Of a stretch of 64,000 nucleotides of DNA, positions 23,026 through 36,715 are shown one piece after another. Made by a program: the position numbers and the translations under genes. Within the stretch, counting starts at the first letter, position 1, and the number at the start of each line of letters is the position of its first letter. The DNA is taken from positions 5,237,281 to 5,301,280 of the forward strand of contig CM119271.1 of the NCBI GenBank assembly GCA_051294375.1. The letters run 5' to 3'. Under the pieces are notes generated by a model that saw only the letters and a list, made by a program, of their open reading frames with translations, ran no database searches and was not told the DNA's origin. The DNA comes from Paraspadella gotoi. Its lineage: Eukaryota > Animalia > Chaetognatha.

Positions 23026-26000
23026 ACTGCATAATTTATGTTTCATTTATGATTGATTTATTTATTTATATTATTATTTTATTTATTATTTATTTATTTT
23101 ATTATTTTATTTATTTATTATTTATTTATTTTATTTATTTGTTTCTTCTTTTCTTCTTTCTTTCTTTCTTTCTCTTTCTTCTTTCTTCTTTTTTTTCTTC
23201 TTCTTTCCTTATTTCTCTCTTTCCTCTTCCTCCTCCTACTTCTTCTTCTCTTTGACTCTTCCTCATTGGAGAATCACAGAAGCAAAAATCCTTCTTTCTC
23301 GTCTCTCATTGGATCTCCGAAAAACGAATGATTCAACGAGGGTGCATTTTTCCCGTAACAATTTTACTTTCTCACGTATCTACTTTATTTACATCGAGCG
23401 ATAGACGAACGGGACACACCGACCAAAAAAAGATAAGAGATAGATTCAAAAACTGTTAGACTAAAAACTACTCATTTATAAAAGACATGACGAAGTAACC
23501 ATGGGCAAAAAACTATGTGGAGGAAATTCTAATTCATGATATAATCGCGCTTCGAAACGATCGGAATTCCGTATCGACTTGTGGACGGATTGGCAATGTT
23601 GATCGATGTTTATTTCGCTCAAGTTTTCCTCCAGAGTTTACGTCATTTTTTGATTCTATTCCTTCGCCAAAGATTATAAGAATGCTTCGCATTTAAACGC
23701 CCACAAGTTTGCCAAAATTGTCTCGATGTTGCAATCATTGCCGATATATCACATTTGCTCCATACGCCCGGCCCGCCCCCCCGACAAATTCCCTTGACTC
23801 ACGATCGTTTTCGTGGATTGCCGACAGTTTCGATGATTGAAGACTTGTTTACGTTATTATTAAATGTAATAGACATAATTAGACCGAGAACTTTAAATTT
23901 TCGAAATAAAAAAAATAAAAAGCTTTCTCCACACTTTGATGTTCTTTTGAGATTTTTGCGGTGGATTTTTTTTTTCACGATTGCCAAGCTTTCCTAAATG
24001 ATTTCCATTGCTTTGCCTATGATTTTTCCACGGACTGCCAAACTCATTACTTATGATTGCCAACGCTTTTACAACGATGCCCAAGTAGTTCTCATGGTTT
24101 GTCGAACTGTTTTTTTCCACGGATTTGCCGACGCTTTATTAAGCGATGCCGGACCATTTCTCCGCGATTGCCGACGCATTTACTCCGCGAGCCGACCGCT
24201 TTTTCTCTGCGGATTTGCCGACGCATTTCTCCGCCCATTTCCAACGCATTTTTCTCGATTGCCAACACATTTCTCGCGATGCCGACGCATTTTTTCGCGA
24301 TATTGCCGACGCATTTCTCCGCGATTTGACGATGCATTTCCACGTTGCCGACGCGATTTCTCCGGTGATTGCCGGAACGCATTCTCCGCGATTGCCGATG
24401 CATTTCTCCGCGATTGCCGACGCATTTTCGCGTAATTGCCGGACGCATTTCTCCGCTTATTGTCGACGCTCGTGTTTCCAACAGTATTTCTATTTGCGTC
24501 GCGGCCGCCCGAGCGGGAGAGGCGGGTGGTAAGGGACGGCTGGGTTGAGTTAATAAAAAGGGAGAGGATAGGCGAGAGGCTGAGGGAGAGTAAGGAAGGG
24601 ACCGCGAAAGCTTGCGTTGACCACTTTTAAATCCGCGCCTTTTCACTGCCTCATAAATCATTTCAAATGGATCTTGCGGATTCAGGTCTTCACTTTCATA
24701 CACGCCCTTCGTCTGAGTGGAGGATGGCGGATGGGTGGCGGGTGGAGAGTAGAGTTGGGATGGGGATGGACAGTTAGGGGAGGGGAGGGGGTCCAGGGGC
24801 GCAACAGATGTTGACATGAAATCTTTAATGTAATTTGCATATTTCCAGTCGCTTAATTTTTCGTTAAGAAACGTGCGAACAAGGCTTGAACAAGTAAATC
24901 TAATTTATTCTTTTTTCCATAAATTGATAAAGTTAAATTATTATATTTAATAATAAATGACTCCTTAACAAGAATGATGTTTAATATCTCATTAGAAAAC
25001 TGGCGGCTGAAATTAATTTAACTTTGTGTTGTATAGATGCTCCCTCTCCCCATTACATTAAAAAGATTACTCTATATAAAGAAATTTTTTTATAAAATTT
25101 AAAAATTTTTCTAAATATATTGTGAAAATTTATTCAATTTTTACATTTTGATTTTTAAAATTGTAATATAAATAAAGCTAATTAGTTTAAAACAAGTTTA
25201 ATCTTGCAATTTTTTATAGGTATTAGCGGTAACGTGTAAAGTCTAAAAAAAAGCCAAAAAATGAGAGTAGAAGGAAGAAAAATAACAGAAAGATCGGCAA
25301 GGATCGACCAAAAAGTACGTACAATTTGACAAGTTAGTATAACGGTAACACACGACAAAGCTGACCCACAGACCAGACGACCGATCGGAACAAGTAAGCA
25401 ACGAGTGAGATTCGAGGTTGTCAAGCGCGAGTGTCGAGGCGAATGATTGGCGAAATTGACGAGCCATGGGGGAAAGGGGGGGGGCGTTAATGGTGTGATT
25501 AATAAAGAAAATAGTGGGGTGAGGGGGCTTAAGGATTAAGGAATAAGGGTAAGTGAGTCCGGGGTGAGGTCGTAAAGAGAAAGGACGTGGGAAAGTTGGG
25601 GCGAAAGAGGCTGGTTAAAGAAGTAGGTTAAGATATTATTAAACCGTGAATGAGACTTGAGGGGGAGCGTTGAGCTGGAGTGTAACGGATGTAACGAACG
25701 GCGTTGAGCGTCAAACATTGTTAAGAGATTTTTAATCCGGGGTTACGTCGAAAAAATAAAAACGAGTCTCGGTTTGGTAATTTATGACTTTCCTTGAAAA
25801 AAGTGATAAAGCGAACCTGTGGGAAAAAATCTGTTCGCTGAATTGGTCCAACGGGGAAACGAAAGTGGGAAAAGTTAGGAACACGAGGTCTCTACTGAGA
25901 ACAGAAGACAGACCGACCGAAAAGGGAAATGGAATCGAAGTTTCGCGATTTCCGTTAGAATCGAGGGGGGGGGGTTGGGGAAGGGTGGATCACGTGATCG

Positions 26001-26909
26001 GGTTGAAGAGCAATTGTTGAGTCGCTGGAAAGTGAGATGGGATGTTGAAAAATATGTAAGGAGATTTTGTGAGAGAGAGAGAGAGAGAGAGAGATGAGAG
26101 AGAGGAGAGAGAGACGAAGTTCGGAGACGAAATTCGAGGCGGGAATTTGTAGTGTTAGAATCAGACAATTTACAGATGTGAAGGAAAGAGAAAAGATTGA
26201 GATAAACCTTTTGCGTGTCGAATTCTTGAACATTTTACTTTAATATTTTTTGACACTGGCTCCCGTTAAGCAGTGGTAATTTCCGGTTAATAAGTGATTA
26301 AGCAATTCAAACTATGCATTATCAACAAGCAAAGCTTGACAATTTTGAAAAGCTCTCTCCCAGACCGAGATTCAGCTAATGAAGAAAAACTTTCTATATA
26401 TTTATTGTTTATTTATGATCACTTATTATGTTTGAAGAAAATACAATCATTCATATTTTTTTTTTATTCTCAACCCTTATACTAGACGATCGACAGCTCC
26501 ATCCGAGTTTTCCCCCGTAAGAGATGATGTTTAACTTAAAAATAAAATCGAAAAGATAAAAAAAAAATGTGTTTTTGGGGGCACTCTATAATCTTCAGCA
26601 AATAATGGGCGGGAAACGCCCTCCCCAAATTTGTATAAACAGCACACCTGTATATTCCTCCTTGATCAAATGGCGCGGCGGAGGAGGTTTTGGGGAGGCC
26701 CCGGGCAGACCCCCCACCCTTCACCCCGCTCCCCCACCGACCCCCAACTCCCAAACCGTACGACCCTAATTTACAAATTTAAAAAGGGCGAAAGGAGTTG
26801 TAAGGGGTACCCGCGAGGGGCAACCAAGGTGGGGCCATCAGGCAAGGTGGGCGGGGGTCACTACACAAATAACTGGGCTCAGCGAAAGCGGAGGCACCAA
26901 AGGCCCAGA

Positions 26910-29900
26910 ATTAGAGAGAGAAGAGAAGTAGAGAGAGAAGAGAGAGAGAGAGGAGAGAAGAGAGGAGAGACGAAGACAGATGACGAGAGATGAGAGGACA
27001 GAGTATTGGTTTGAGTGTGTAGGCAAATCCTATCTCTCTGTCTCGAGCGGGTCATCTTTTTTTTTTGCCAGATCGCGCCCGCAAGCGATGCAATTGTTTG
27101 GAAGCGGAGACGAGAGAAGAGAGAGGAAGAGAGAGAGAGGAGAGAAGAAGAGAGAGAGGAGAAGAGAGAGAGAGGGGAGAAGAGAGATGAGGAGAGAAGA
27201 AGACCGATGAGACGAGAGAGACGAGAAGAGACGAGAGGGCAGAGGGGAGGGAAGGAGAGCGGAGGGAGAGGAAGTGAGGAGAAGGAGGAGGAGAGAGGAG
27301 ATGGAGGAGGATGGGGGAGGGGAGAAGTGAAAGAGAGGAGGGAGAAGAGACGAGAGAGAAGAGATAGAGAGAATATATTTCGACACCAAGTCCACAGGCG
27401 GACGGTGAGGTGAAATGAAAAAACAAACGTTCAATTCTATTTTTTTCTTTTTCGGGCCACTCGGGGGCACTCCCCCGCATTAATCCTGAGTGAACTGTTT
27501 TTATATTAATTCAGTCGATGAAAATTAACTTTAAGAAAAATTATTAGTTTAATTTGGGTATGAATTATACTAATACTATTGAAAGTTATTGACACTAAGA
27601 TGGAAGCATTACAATTACCCAATTTTACCGGAACGGTCGATGAATAGTTACGGGAATGCTGCCCTTATAAAAAGTCCCCCTCCCCTTCGATTATTATTTA
27701 ATCCTGTATAACCCGAAGACGTCTCTGCCGACAATTGAAGACAAGACGGCGTTCTGGAGTGGTGAAGAGCGCGTAGGGTTGAATTCGAGACATCCCGGAT
27801 GTAACCCGATATTAAATCGAAGACATTCAGGTCGAAAGACGGGAAAGTTGCATATAAAATTATAAAAGATCCGTTCTGCCTTCGTTTACTCCATTCCTTA
27901 AAGAAGTCACTCAGACAGGAAACCTGAATCATTTTTATATGAGAGTATAGTTTGGAGAGAAAAGAAGACTTTTCCCGAGAATGTAGGATTGAACCGGTAC
28001 GAAAACAAACTTGTGGCTAAAGGATACCGGCCACAATAAGTTTCCACGGAATGCATCATTCAATTTACGAAATTCAAACATAGCGAAAAAAAATACACGA
28101 ACCTCCGATACAAAAAAGTTTTGGGGCCCCCAAAAATTCTTTTTTTTTTGTGACGAGGGCGAATCTTCGTAAAAAGTCGATTATGTTAGAATTTTTTATC
28201 GAGACTTGTAAACAACGACCCGCGACTCGCCGACGGAAGAAATTTCTAAACGGTTATACAATATACAAAACCATATAAATATACATAGAGTTCTATTTAT
28301 TTTAAAAGTTTTATCGAGAGCAAAGGAAGAATTTTCCAAGCACATCACGTGCAAGACACGAGTTGCTGTTGTAACCCCTTCTTTCTTTTTTTAGTCGGAT
28401 CTGCTTATCAGCAGATCCCGCTGGTGTATAATTCACTTGTCGGTCCGTCGGGTCGCCCCCTCAATTGTGGGCCAATTGGCATTCACTTTCATATCAATGA
28501 GAGAATACTCGTTATGAATAATATGCAAAAAAAAAAAAACGAGTTGTCCGTCCCGTCGTCCTTTGTCTGTTCGTCCGTCCGTCCGTCAATCATCCGGTGT
28601 AATAATAAAATTAATTATTAATTATAAATATTATATTAATTATTAATTATTTAATTTAATTACCGATAATATAAAAATGGTGGGCAGATTCCGACTGTTT
28701 GCTCAATTGTTCGTTGAAGTCCTTTTAGAATAACCTACTTATGACCAGTTTTTTAAATACGCCCGGGATAGCGCTTTAAAAAATGCTTTACCATGCAATA
28801 AACGAAATTTTTTCTATGACGGATTAATATTAAATAAACAAAAAATTTATCCCCGCGCTCTCTACATGAAACAGATAGTAAAAAACAATACTTCTTCGAT
28901 GGTCTTAGACAAAAAAATCATGAAGGGTGACTATGCATTTTCCCTTAAAAGCAGGTTCCATTTGATGTTTATTCAACAATAAAGATCAAGAATTACTTTT
29001 CTTTTTTTCCAGTAAGAAAAAACAATAAGCTCTCCGAAACCGTCCTATGAAGTATTGATTTGCCTTTTTACTTAAGACCAGCAGGTTTTTGGAAAAGGGG
29101 AAAGAAAGACGGGTTGACCAGTTTCCATTAATACTATTATTTGGCATATAAACAATAAAAATTTCGTCGCGCTCTCTACCTCATGGCTTCCCATGACGCC
29201 CAGATTCGAAATCTGACCCTATTAAATATATTGTATGGGCCTTGACTATGCAGTTATGAATAGAAGTTGAATATAAAGGAATCTTGATTCGGAACATCAT
29301 TCGAACCGTATGCGCTATTTAATTGGATTTCTCTCGTTCATTCATCGTTATAGGTCTTTACGGGAATTAGAGCCTGCACCGGACAATTTTTTTTTTTCCT
29401 TTTTTTTTTCCTTTTTTCTATTTTTATCTTTTTCCTTTTCTTTTTCTTTTTTTTTTCGTTCGCGACGAAAAGATGATTTCTGCTGTTAGGTCGGTCCATC
29501 GTCTGTGGCGGATGCGAATTCGTTGACGCCACCCATGGTCAAGTTTCGACTGGAAAAAGTAATATTAAATTTTAAATCCGCTCACCGGACTTTTGTTTGA
29601 TTTCTTTTGTCTCGAATCAGGGTCCGACGACAGAGGTCAAAGTGGAAACATGTCGGAGAAAAGTTCCTTCATGTACCGAGGAGCCAGGAAGCTGCCCCGA
29701 CTCTTGCTGAGGGGGCCCAAGCGGAGCTATTTGATCCGGTTTGTACTTTATCATATGTTTGCCCCTTCCAATTCACCCTGTGTTGCGCGGATACAAATGC
29801 CGTCAAATCGGAAAGTCGTTTGCTGAATGCTTTACCGACATGGAAATGCACCTTCATTCTGGAACAACGAAACCAAAGATCAGTCAAAAGGAAAAACGAA

Positions 29901-31852
29901 CCCAGAGAGTGGTTCCGAGATGTTGTCGAGCACAGAGCAGCTGCCGACGTCGCTTGCAAAAGCCGGAAGTGTCGTTAGCCCAGAGTTGCTGGCTTAAAAG
30001 AAGAAGTTTGTGCCTTTTCCTTTAAACCCTGTTTTTGCTCGGGATACAAATGCTCAAAGATCCTTCGTCGTACGCCGGAATGTGTTATTCGATGGTCAAT
30101 TGTCAAATAAGAAAAGTGGAAAATTGAGAAATCGGGAACACGGAATGCTGATGGGGGAAATGATAAAAATATTTTTTCGATCAATTTTATTTGCAAATAA
30201 TTTACAGTAGATCAGTCGTTACCAGACAACATTTACTATTTAGGCATTTGGAATTTAAAAAACAAAATGCATAAACGTATACGAAAAAAAAAGTGCCCTT
30301 ATTTTCACTCCAAAATTAATTTTCAAATTGAAAAAAAACTAAAATATATAAATGGCAGAATTTTTTTTATTGGCGGATTTCAAATTTCATCTGTCTACTT
30401 GTACCATAATGATCAGAACCATTTTGAATTACAACTCTATTTGATATTGATAATTCAAGAATATATTTTATCATTGAAAGTCAAGTCTACCTTTACTCTT
30501 CACCGTAATTACTACTTTATTTAATTTAGTCGGATCTGTTTATAAGCAGATCCCGACTCTATAATTCACTTTGTCGGTTTCCTCCGTCAGTTCCGCCCCC
30601 CCTCAATCATCTTTCGGGCTTAACATTATTCATGTCAGAATTAAATTTAATGATAAATTATTGAAAAAAAAAAGAGTCCGTCATCTGGTCTGTCTGTCTG
30701 TCTGTGTTGTCTGTCTGTCCAATCTGTCAATCAATCAATTTGATAATTTATAAAATTAATTGATTATTTAATCAAGTTATCTTTCAATCTTTTATGTCAA
30801 CTTTTAAGTTCGTAGAATCCCCACATTCCGTTGTCTGTTGCTTTTCGTTCGTTGGGTCAGTGACAACATACCCATAAAAACAAAACATTTCGGAAAGCAA
30901 ATTAATATATATAATAATTTAATTCAATTATTGTTTTAGTTTATATAGTTTTATTACATTAAATTAATTAATTACGCTCAAAAATGAATACGAATTAATG
31001 AGGAGAAGATTCCGACATTGTTGCTCTCAAATTGTTTTAATGGTATCGATTATTTTTGTTTCAAATATCTTGTTTGGAAAACCGTGAGCCATTTAAATGG
31101 CACTCTAATTATTTTGTTTTTGTCTCTCTCTCTCTATCTCTCTCTCCTCTCTCTTTCTCTCTCTGTCTGTCCTCTCATTCCCTCAGGCTAAAATGTTTGG
31201 TCTCGTTTCGGGTTGCTGGCTTCTGACCCATGCCTCTTAGGATTAAGAGATAATCATCCACCCTTTGTTAGAAGAGGGGGAAAGAGTCAGGAACGATGCT
31301 TCCGAATCTGGAAGTGAAATTTGGGGAGAAGACTGAGACCTATTTGCAGAGTATTATTTTAGCTGCAAACATTCATTAACGCTTTTATTACTTTAAAACG
31401 GAACCAAACGCAGGTAAAGCTAAAAAAAAAAATCAATCATGACTGTATCTTGCTTAAGTTTATTATCTTGAAAGAACCATAGCCAGTTCAAAGTCCAGGA
31501 GAAAAAACAAAGCTATTTATAATAAGTATAGAATCATTGATAGTACTAATTTTTTATAAATATTAAGTGAAATTTTTTTGTATATACAATGTCAGATTGC
31601 CAAGAAGAACCAAAAAAAGGTGTTTATTTTCTGAAAGCGCCTAATTGCGTCTTACCTAATATCCTTTTGAACTTATCTCAAACTTAAATATTTATTTTTT
31701 GAATTTTTTTTTTTTGAAGGCTCAACTCATTTCTTTTTTCCCCTTAAACCCTCACCCAATATTATAATCATTTTTGAACAACTGGGGTGTTAAAAAAATG
31801 AGGTTATTGCTCTCTTAGAGATGCAAAAGGCCCCGTTTCGGGGTCCGCCGTC
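26910..31852 (-). repeat. Error-rich inverted copy of ~4818-10030 (probable long-read artefact)
   Basis: Reverse-complement colinearity throughout (27050 region = RC of ~9900; 31820-31850 = RC of ~4820-4850) with dense indels. It is followed by a direct re-copy of 16557-16890 at ~31858-32103. Confidence 0.85.
29473..30127 (+). pseudogene. Frameshifted copy of the double-knottin precursor gene (likely read-error copy rather than a true pseudogene)
   Basis: Colinear with 7067-6425, including the intron (GGAAAAAGTAATATT...CGAATCAG) and both TGTTGC/GGATACAAATG motifs, but with many 1-bp indels at similar density in coding and non-coding parts. Confidence 0.7.
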
Positions 31853-32734
31853 GGGCGGGAGTATTGATTTTTTTTTTAGAATATTGGATAACAGGAATAA
31901 AACGGATCGTTTTTTAAAAACCCTAAAAAAAAAAAAAAACTTAAACCAAATATTTTAAACCTGCGAAAAAGGAAGAAAAAGATTTAAAAAATAAAAAAAA
32001 AAAAACTAAATTTGAGTGGTTATAGAAAAAAAAAAAAAGCAAAAAATTTTTATTTGTTCTTTTTATTTGTTTCATTTTTGCGGATTTTGGATAAAAAAAA
32101 AAAGGGCGAGAGGCTTAAATCAATTTTGAATTTAAAATAAAAAAAAAAAAGATATATAAAAATGCAGAGAGCGAGAGAGAAAAACAATTAATTCTGAGGA
32201 ATGACGAAGGTAATTTTCAATTCGCGGCGGAGTTGGGGGAGAGAGAGAGAGAGAGAGAGATGACTGAGGAGAGGAGGAGAGACAGGTTTGGGGGAGGAGA
32301 GAGAGAGAGAGAGTAGGAGAGAGACAATAACGGACAAAGAAACCCGAGTTTAAAAAAAAAAAAGAGAAACGACATGAGANNNNNNNNNNNNNNNNNNNNN
32401 NNNNGAAACGAGAGAAAAAACATCACGATGATAAAATTACAATTTTTTTTGTTTTGTTTCGTTGATAAAATCCTTATTTTAAGGTTTTGTTTTGTTTTGT
32501 TTGTTTTTTTAGAAAGAGCGTGGAGATGACCGGAAAACGGAGAGACGAAAGGTTTTTTTTTTTTAGGCGAAGCCGAAGTTGAGATTCTGATCCCCGGACG
32601 GTGGGAATTACATCCGGGGACTAGGATGAGATCTTGGGTCCCGGATGAGATTCATCTCGTGTCGGAAATGACCTCCGACTCATCCACATTCGTGAACGAC
32701 GGAGACCGACTATTTTTCGAATTGTTTCCCTTTT

Positions 32735-32881
32735 TTAAAATACTTCGTCGTCGTCGTCGTCCTCGTCGTCGTCGTTGTCCTCTAAACCATGAACAGCTTG
32801 GCTCATGTGGTGAGATGACCCACTTCGCGAGGCGACGATTCCTTCGAGGGTAAATTTCCGAGATCCAAATCTTGCAAAATC
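32735..32881 (-). CDS. Probable terminal exon of the Ig-superfamily membrane protein (reading frame unresolved)
   Basis: Strong acceptor (T)nATTTCCAG| at 32882. Phase 0 gives DFARFGSRKF...DDDDDEVF* (stop 32735). Phase 2, matching the donor at 36594, gives ILQDLDLGNLPSKESSPREVGHLTT* (stop 32803). Confidence 0.45.
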   Translation of the reverse strand, partial: DFARFGSRKFTLEGIVASRSGSSHHMSQAVHGLEDNDDDEDDDDDEVF

Positions 32882-35800
32882 CTGGAAATAAAAAAAAAAA
32901 AAAAATAAATAAATAAAAGGGGAAAAAAAAAATTTTCTCTTATCGTCGCGAAGGTCGGTTTATCGTCATCATCATCATCATCATCATCATCGTCATCATT
33001 GTCTTCATCCTTGTCTTCTCTTTAGCTTTGTCATCGAGTTTTACATGTGTCATCGTCGCAGTCGTCGCAAGGCTGGTTTTTGTCATCTTAATTCGTCGTC
33101 GCCGTCATTATCGTCGTCATCGTCGTCATCCACTCAACGTTTTATTCTCGCCGTCGTTGTCATCTTTGTCTTCATCTTTGTCATCCTCTTTGCCCTCCAC
33201 CATCCGGTAGTCGTCGTCGTCGTCGGCATCGTAGTATCGCCAGTCCGTACGTCCCTCCGTCAGTGAGTCTCCCCCGCGTTATGTCCTTGTCTCCCGTCCT
33301 TCCGTTCCTGTTATGGTCTTACAAAAGAATTCGAAATCAGCTTCTTACACGGTAAACACGCCATCCCAGCTCACGCCTCTCTCATCATTATTTTTATGTC
33401 GGGCAATAAAAGTTAAACAGGCCGTTATGCGCCCCCCCCTTTTCTCCCCCCCCCTCTTGAGCCCCCGAGGTGGCGTGCGCCCTGGGGGGGGGGAGAGAGA
33501 GAGAGAGAGGTGAAGGGAGGAGAGAGCGAGACAGAGAGAAAGAGAGGAAAGGAAAAAAGAGGTTGACGGGAGAATAAAGGTAAGTGCAGATGTGAAAGAA
33601 ATAAAAAAAGAAAAGAAAACGAAAGAAAGAGAGAGAAAGAGGAAAAGAAAGAGAATACGTGTCTACTTGAGACTTTGTCGTCAGCAATCTCAGGGCGTCT
33701 GGACCCGGGCGCACATCAGTCTCTTCTGCGCCATTATATACCCAATGTCCATCTGGTCTTCAATGCGCAGAATTTAGCCTAAGTCAGGTTAGTTAATTCA
33801 AAGACGCCACTTCTCCGAACTTAGTTCAAAACATTTTATATAACTAAAACTTGACATAATTTTTTTTGTCAGAGATATATTAATCTAATTTTGTGCATAA
33901 GATTTTTAGTATTCATTTATTTTTGAACTCTCTAGTGTAATCAATAGAAAACTACACTAACTTAATAACGATCGTTCTATTTTATGTGTATTATTATAGT
34001 ATCAATGTACTTTCAACAATATTTTATATTCATTTTATATATCTTAGTTAGCCGATAAAAATAATAAAATTGAATTTGAAGTATAAAAGTTAAAGCTTCT
34101 TGAAAATAATCACTCAATTGAAAACAAACAAGAAAAAAACAAGGAAATCCCAAAGCTGAATCCAATACAACACTATAATCTTAAATTAGAAAAAGCATTT
34201 TCAAATAACAAAATTGTTAACATTTGTTAAAAAGAATCTTTTTATTAATTTGAGAAGTTAAAAAGTAACTAGGAATTAAAAAAATATGAAGTCGATACCA
34301 CTTATAGAGCTGACATAGGCTGCATTTTGCATACTGAAGACGCTGTCGGATCAGGGAGCACGGACAAAATATCTCGCCTCAACGCGCAATTGGCAGAGCC
34401 GGCGAAAAAAACCAAACGAATCAGAGAGCTTAACGAAAAGCGCACAGACTAAAAGATTTCACAGTCTTGAAGATTGAAACGTTTTTTAGTGTTTATTTGT
34501 AGAATATTCAATGTACAATGATGTCATTTAAACAGTTTTGTAAACAACCTCAATTGTACTTTTCGTTCGACATGATTTTAAGCATTGTTTATTGTATCGA
34601 ACTAATTGTAAAAAATGTATTTTTGTATCCACAAACAAACATAACGATCAATGCTCGGGTAAAGTTTACGGTTGGCTTTCGATCAGGGTCCAATCGCGAA
34701 AATATTTAAGCGTTGTATTGTTCTTAATTGTGCTCGTAATTATCAAAAGATTTAATAAACTTTACTTATATGCAAAAAGTGCCCCTTTATACTATGTTTT
34801 TTTAAATTAAACCTAAGTTTTTAATTGATTGTGAATTTGGTGAAAATATTAAAAGGTAAAGAAATCATAAGTTGCATGCTCAAGATTCAAAGAAGCTCAA
34901 ATTGGGCCCGAGAAGATAATACTAAAGACATTTTTAGAATTGAGTGAAAATTGATAATGTCCCAGATATGCCACATGTCGGGTTTCAAGAATGAGCCACA
35001 ACTTAAGTCTCTATGGTAAAGGTACTCAGAGATATCTCCACCTAATTACAGGAAATACAAAACAAGTAAAAAATTATACTGTATTTATTAACCTGCATTA
35101 TAAAATGGATTAATTAATTAAAGTAGTAGTAGTAGTGTACCTTAGGATTTCCAGACAAATTGTTTTGCACGGGCTTTTGTTTTCAACTTTGCTACACTCC
35201 TGGTATAAGCTTAAGGCGACCTCTCAAAACAGTACGGCACTCAGGAAGCTTTCTGAGACAAAAGACACCTTAAAAACCTGTTGCTATACTTTTTTTGGAA
35301 AATTTAATATTTAGTCAATCGAATTAAATTTAAATTAATGTATATATATATAATATAATATATAATAAAATATGGGCTCTGGAAATTAAAAAAACAACAT
35401 TATTTAAAAATATTCCACAGCTGCAAGGCTCGAATTTGATTCTACTTGATTTTAAAAATTTTTCTTACTCTTTACTAACAAAAATGCAAATAATATATAT
35501 CATCTCATTAAGACGATCATTTTTTATCTTTATCATATTTTCATTGTTTTCAGGCATAATTTAATCATTATTGTTAGATATCTTTTTAATTAATATTAAT
35601 ATTTTAACTCAAAATCTATATTAAAAAAAAATTGTTGTCTAAATTTTTTAATGATTTTTTTTCCTTCTTTTTTCTTTCTCCTCTCATTTTTTCTTTTCTT
35701 TCTTTTTTTCTTTCTTTTTTTTTGAGCACATGAAAATGACCCTTTACAATAATTTAATATTTTTCCAAAAAGGCTTATCTCTTAAAAAGAGACTCCCGGA

Positions 35801-36103
35801 TTCCGCGCGAACCCATGATCGAATCCGCTCGGAGGCAGAAGAAGAGCCTCGGCGGTGACGAAGGGTAAGAGAGAGAGAAAAGAGTAAGTTCGCGGTGGCA
35901 GCTCGATCGGATCGACTCTGCCGTCGCGACGGATCGGAGATAGGGAGAAGGGAAGAGAAAAGAGGAAGTAAGATGAGCCGAGCGAAGTAAGTCGAAGCTG
36001 GGAAAAGTCGATCGGCCGCCGCGCTGCTGCCCCGGAGGCTTGCGCGATTTCGAGGCTTCTGAGTATAGGCCATGAAGCNNNNNNNNNNNNNNNNNNNNNN
36101 NNN

Positions 36104-36140
<37 letters not shown>

Positions 36141-36593
36141 GTTGTTTCGCCGGATGCGCTCAAATTGAAAACGATATTTTTGTACGTCGTTCTGCAAAAG
36201 AGTAATAATAATCGTAGTCGAGAGAAAAGAGCGATTTTTCAGTCGAGCCTGATTTTTTTCCCTCTTTTTAGAACGAATAATATTTACCTTTTACGACATT
36301 AGTTTTCCGATAATAAATCATTTTATTTGGGTTTTTTTTCTACTGAAATTTTGATTCATATTTTTTAAACTTTTATAATCGTTATTGAATTTTTTTTTGT
36401 TGGCACAACAGGAATTTCTTAGTTACAATTGCTTGCTCAATTTTAGCTTATGTATGTGTATTGTGTAGCTCACGTATAGTAAATTTGTGAGTCAATCTGA
36501 TAGACAGTAAGTCTGTTTGTCAGTAAGTCAGCTCGTCAGGCAATCTGCAAGTCACTAAATCACAAATTTAATATGTCACTGTCGCCGACTTAC

Positions 36594-36715
36594 TGGCGCG
36601 TCGGCGAGCGTTGCTGCTGTTGCTGCTGCAGCTGCCACAGCGATGTGAGGGTGTTGGCCTCCGAGTCAGAACCGACGCCGCTGTCGCCGCTGATATGGGC
36701 GCCGCTCTGCTGCAG
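36594..36715 (-). CDS. Ig-superfamily membrane protein, cytoplasmic exon (LQQSGAHISGDSGVGSDSEANTLTSLWQLQQQQQQRSPTR)
   Basis: Pyrimidine tract + CAG acceptor and GTAAGT donor; GC-rich island; its phase-0 start matches the donor at 43622. Confidence 0.75.

Larger units (their letters stand above)
16891..26606 (+). repeat. Error-rich direct copy of ~7327-16533 (probable uncorrected long-read gap fill, alternative haplotype)
   Basis: Colinear from GGGCGTCTTGG(G)AA(G)CCAATGGAGG to CTATAATCTTCAGCAAATAATG with dense 1-bp indels; spans the N gaps of the first copy. Confidence 0.85.

Noticed and set aside
24092-24817. 241-aa ORF and overlapping ORFs; the repeat array superficially resembles CRISPR
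   Set aside because: Derived from a 22-bp minisatellite with contiguous units and no unique spacers, in a eukaryotic context with no cas genes.
26607-26910. GC-rich unique-looking segment between the direct and inverted copies
   Set aside because: Sits at a chimeric junction and resembles low-quality read sequence; no supportable feature.
16891-31852. Real segmental duplication or toxin gene cluster
   Set aside because: Indel-dominated divergence, shared alternative-haplotype alleles and the adjacent 25-N gap favour an assembly artefact; reported only as a check item.
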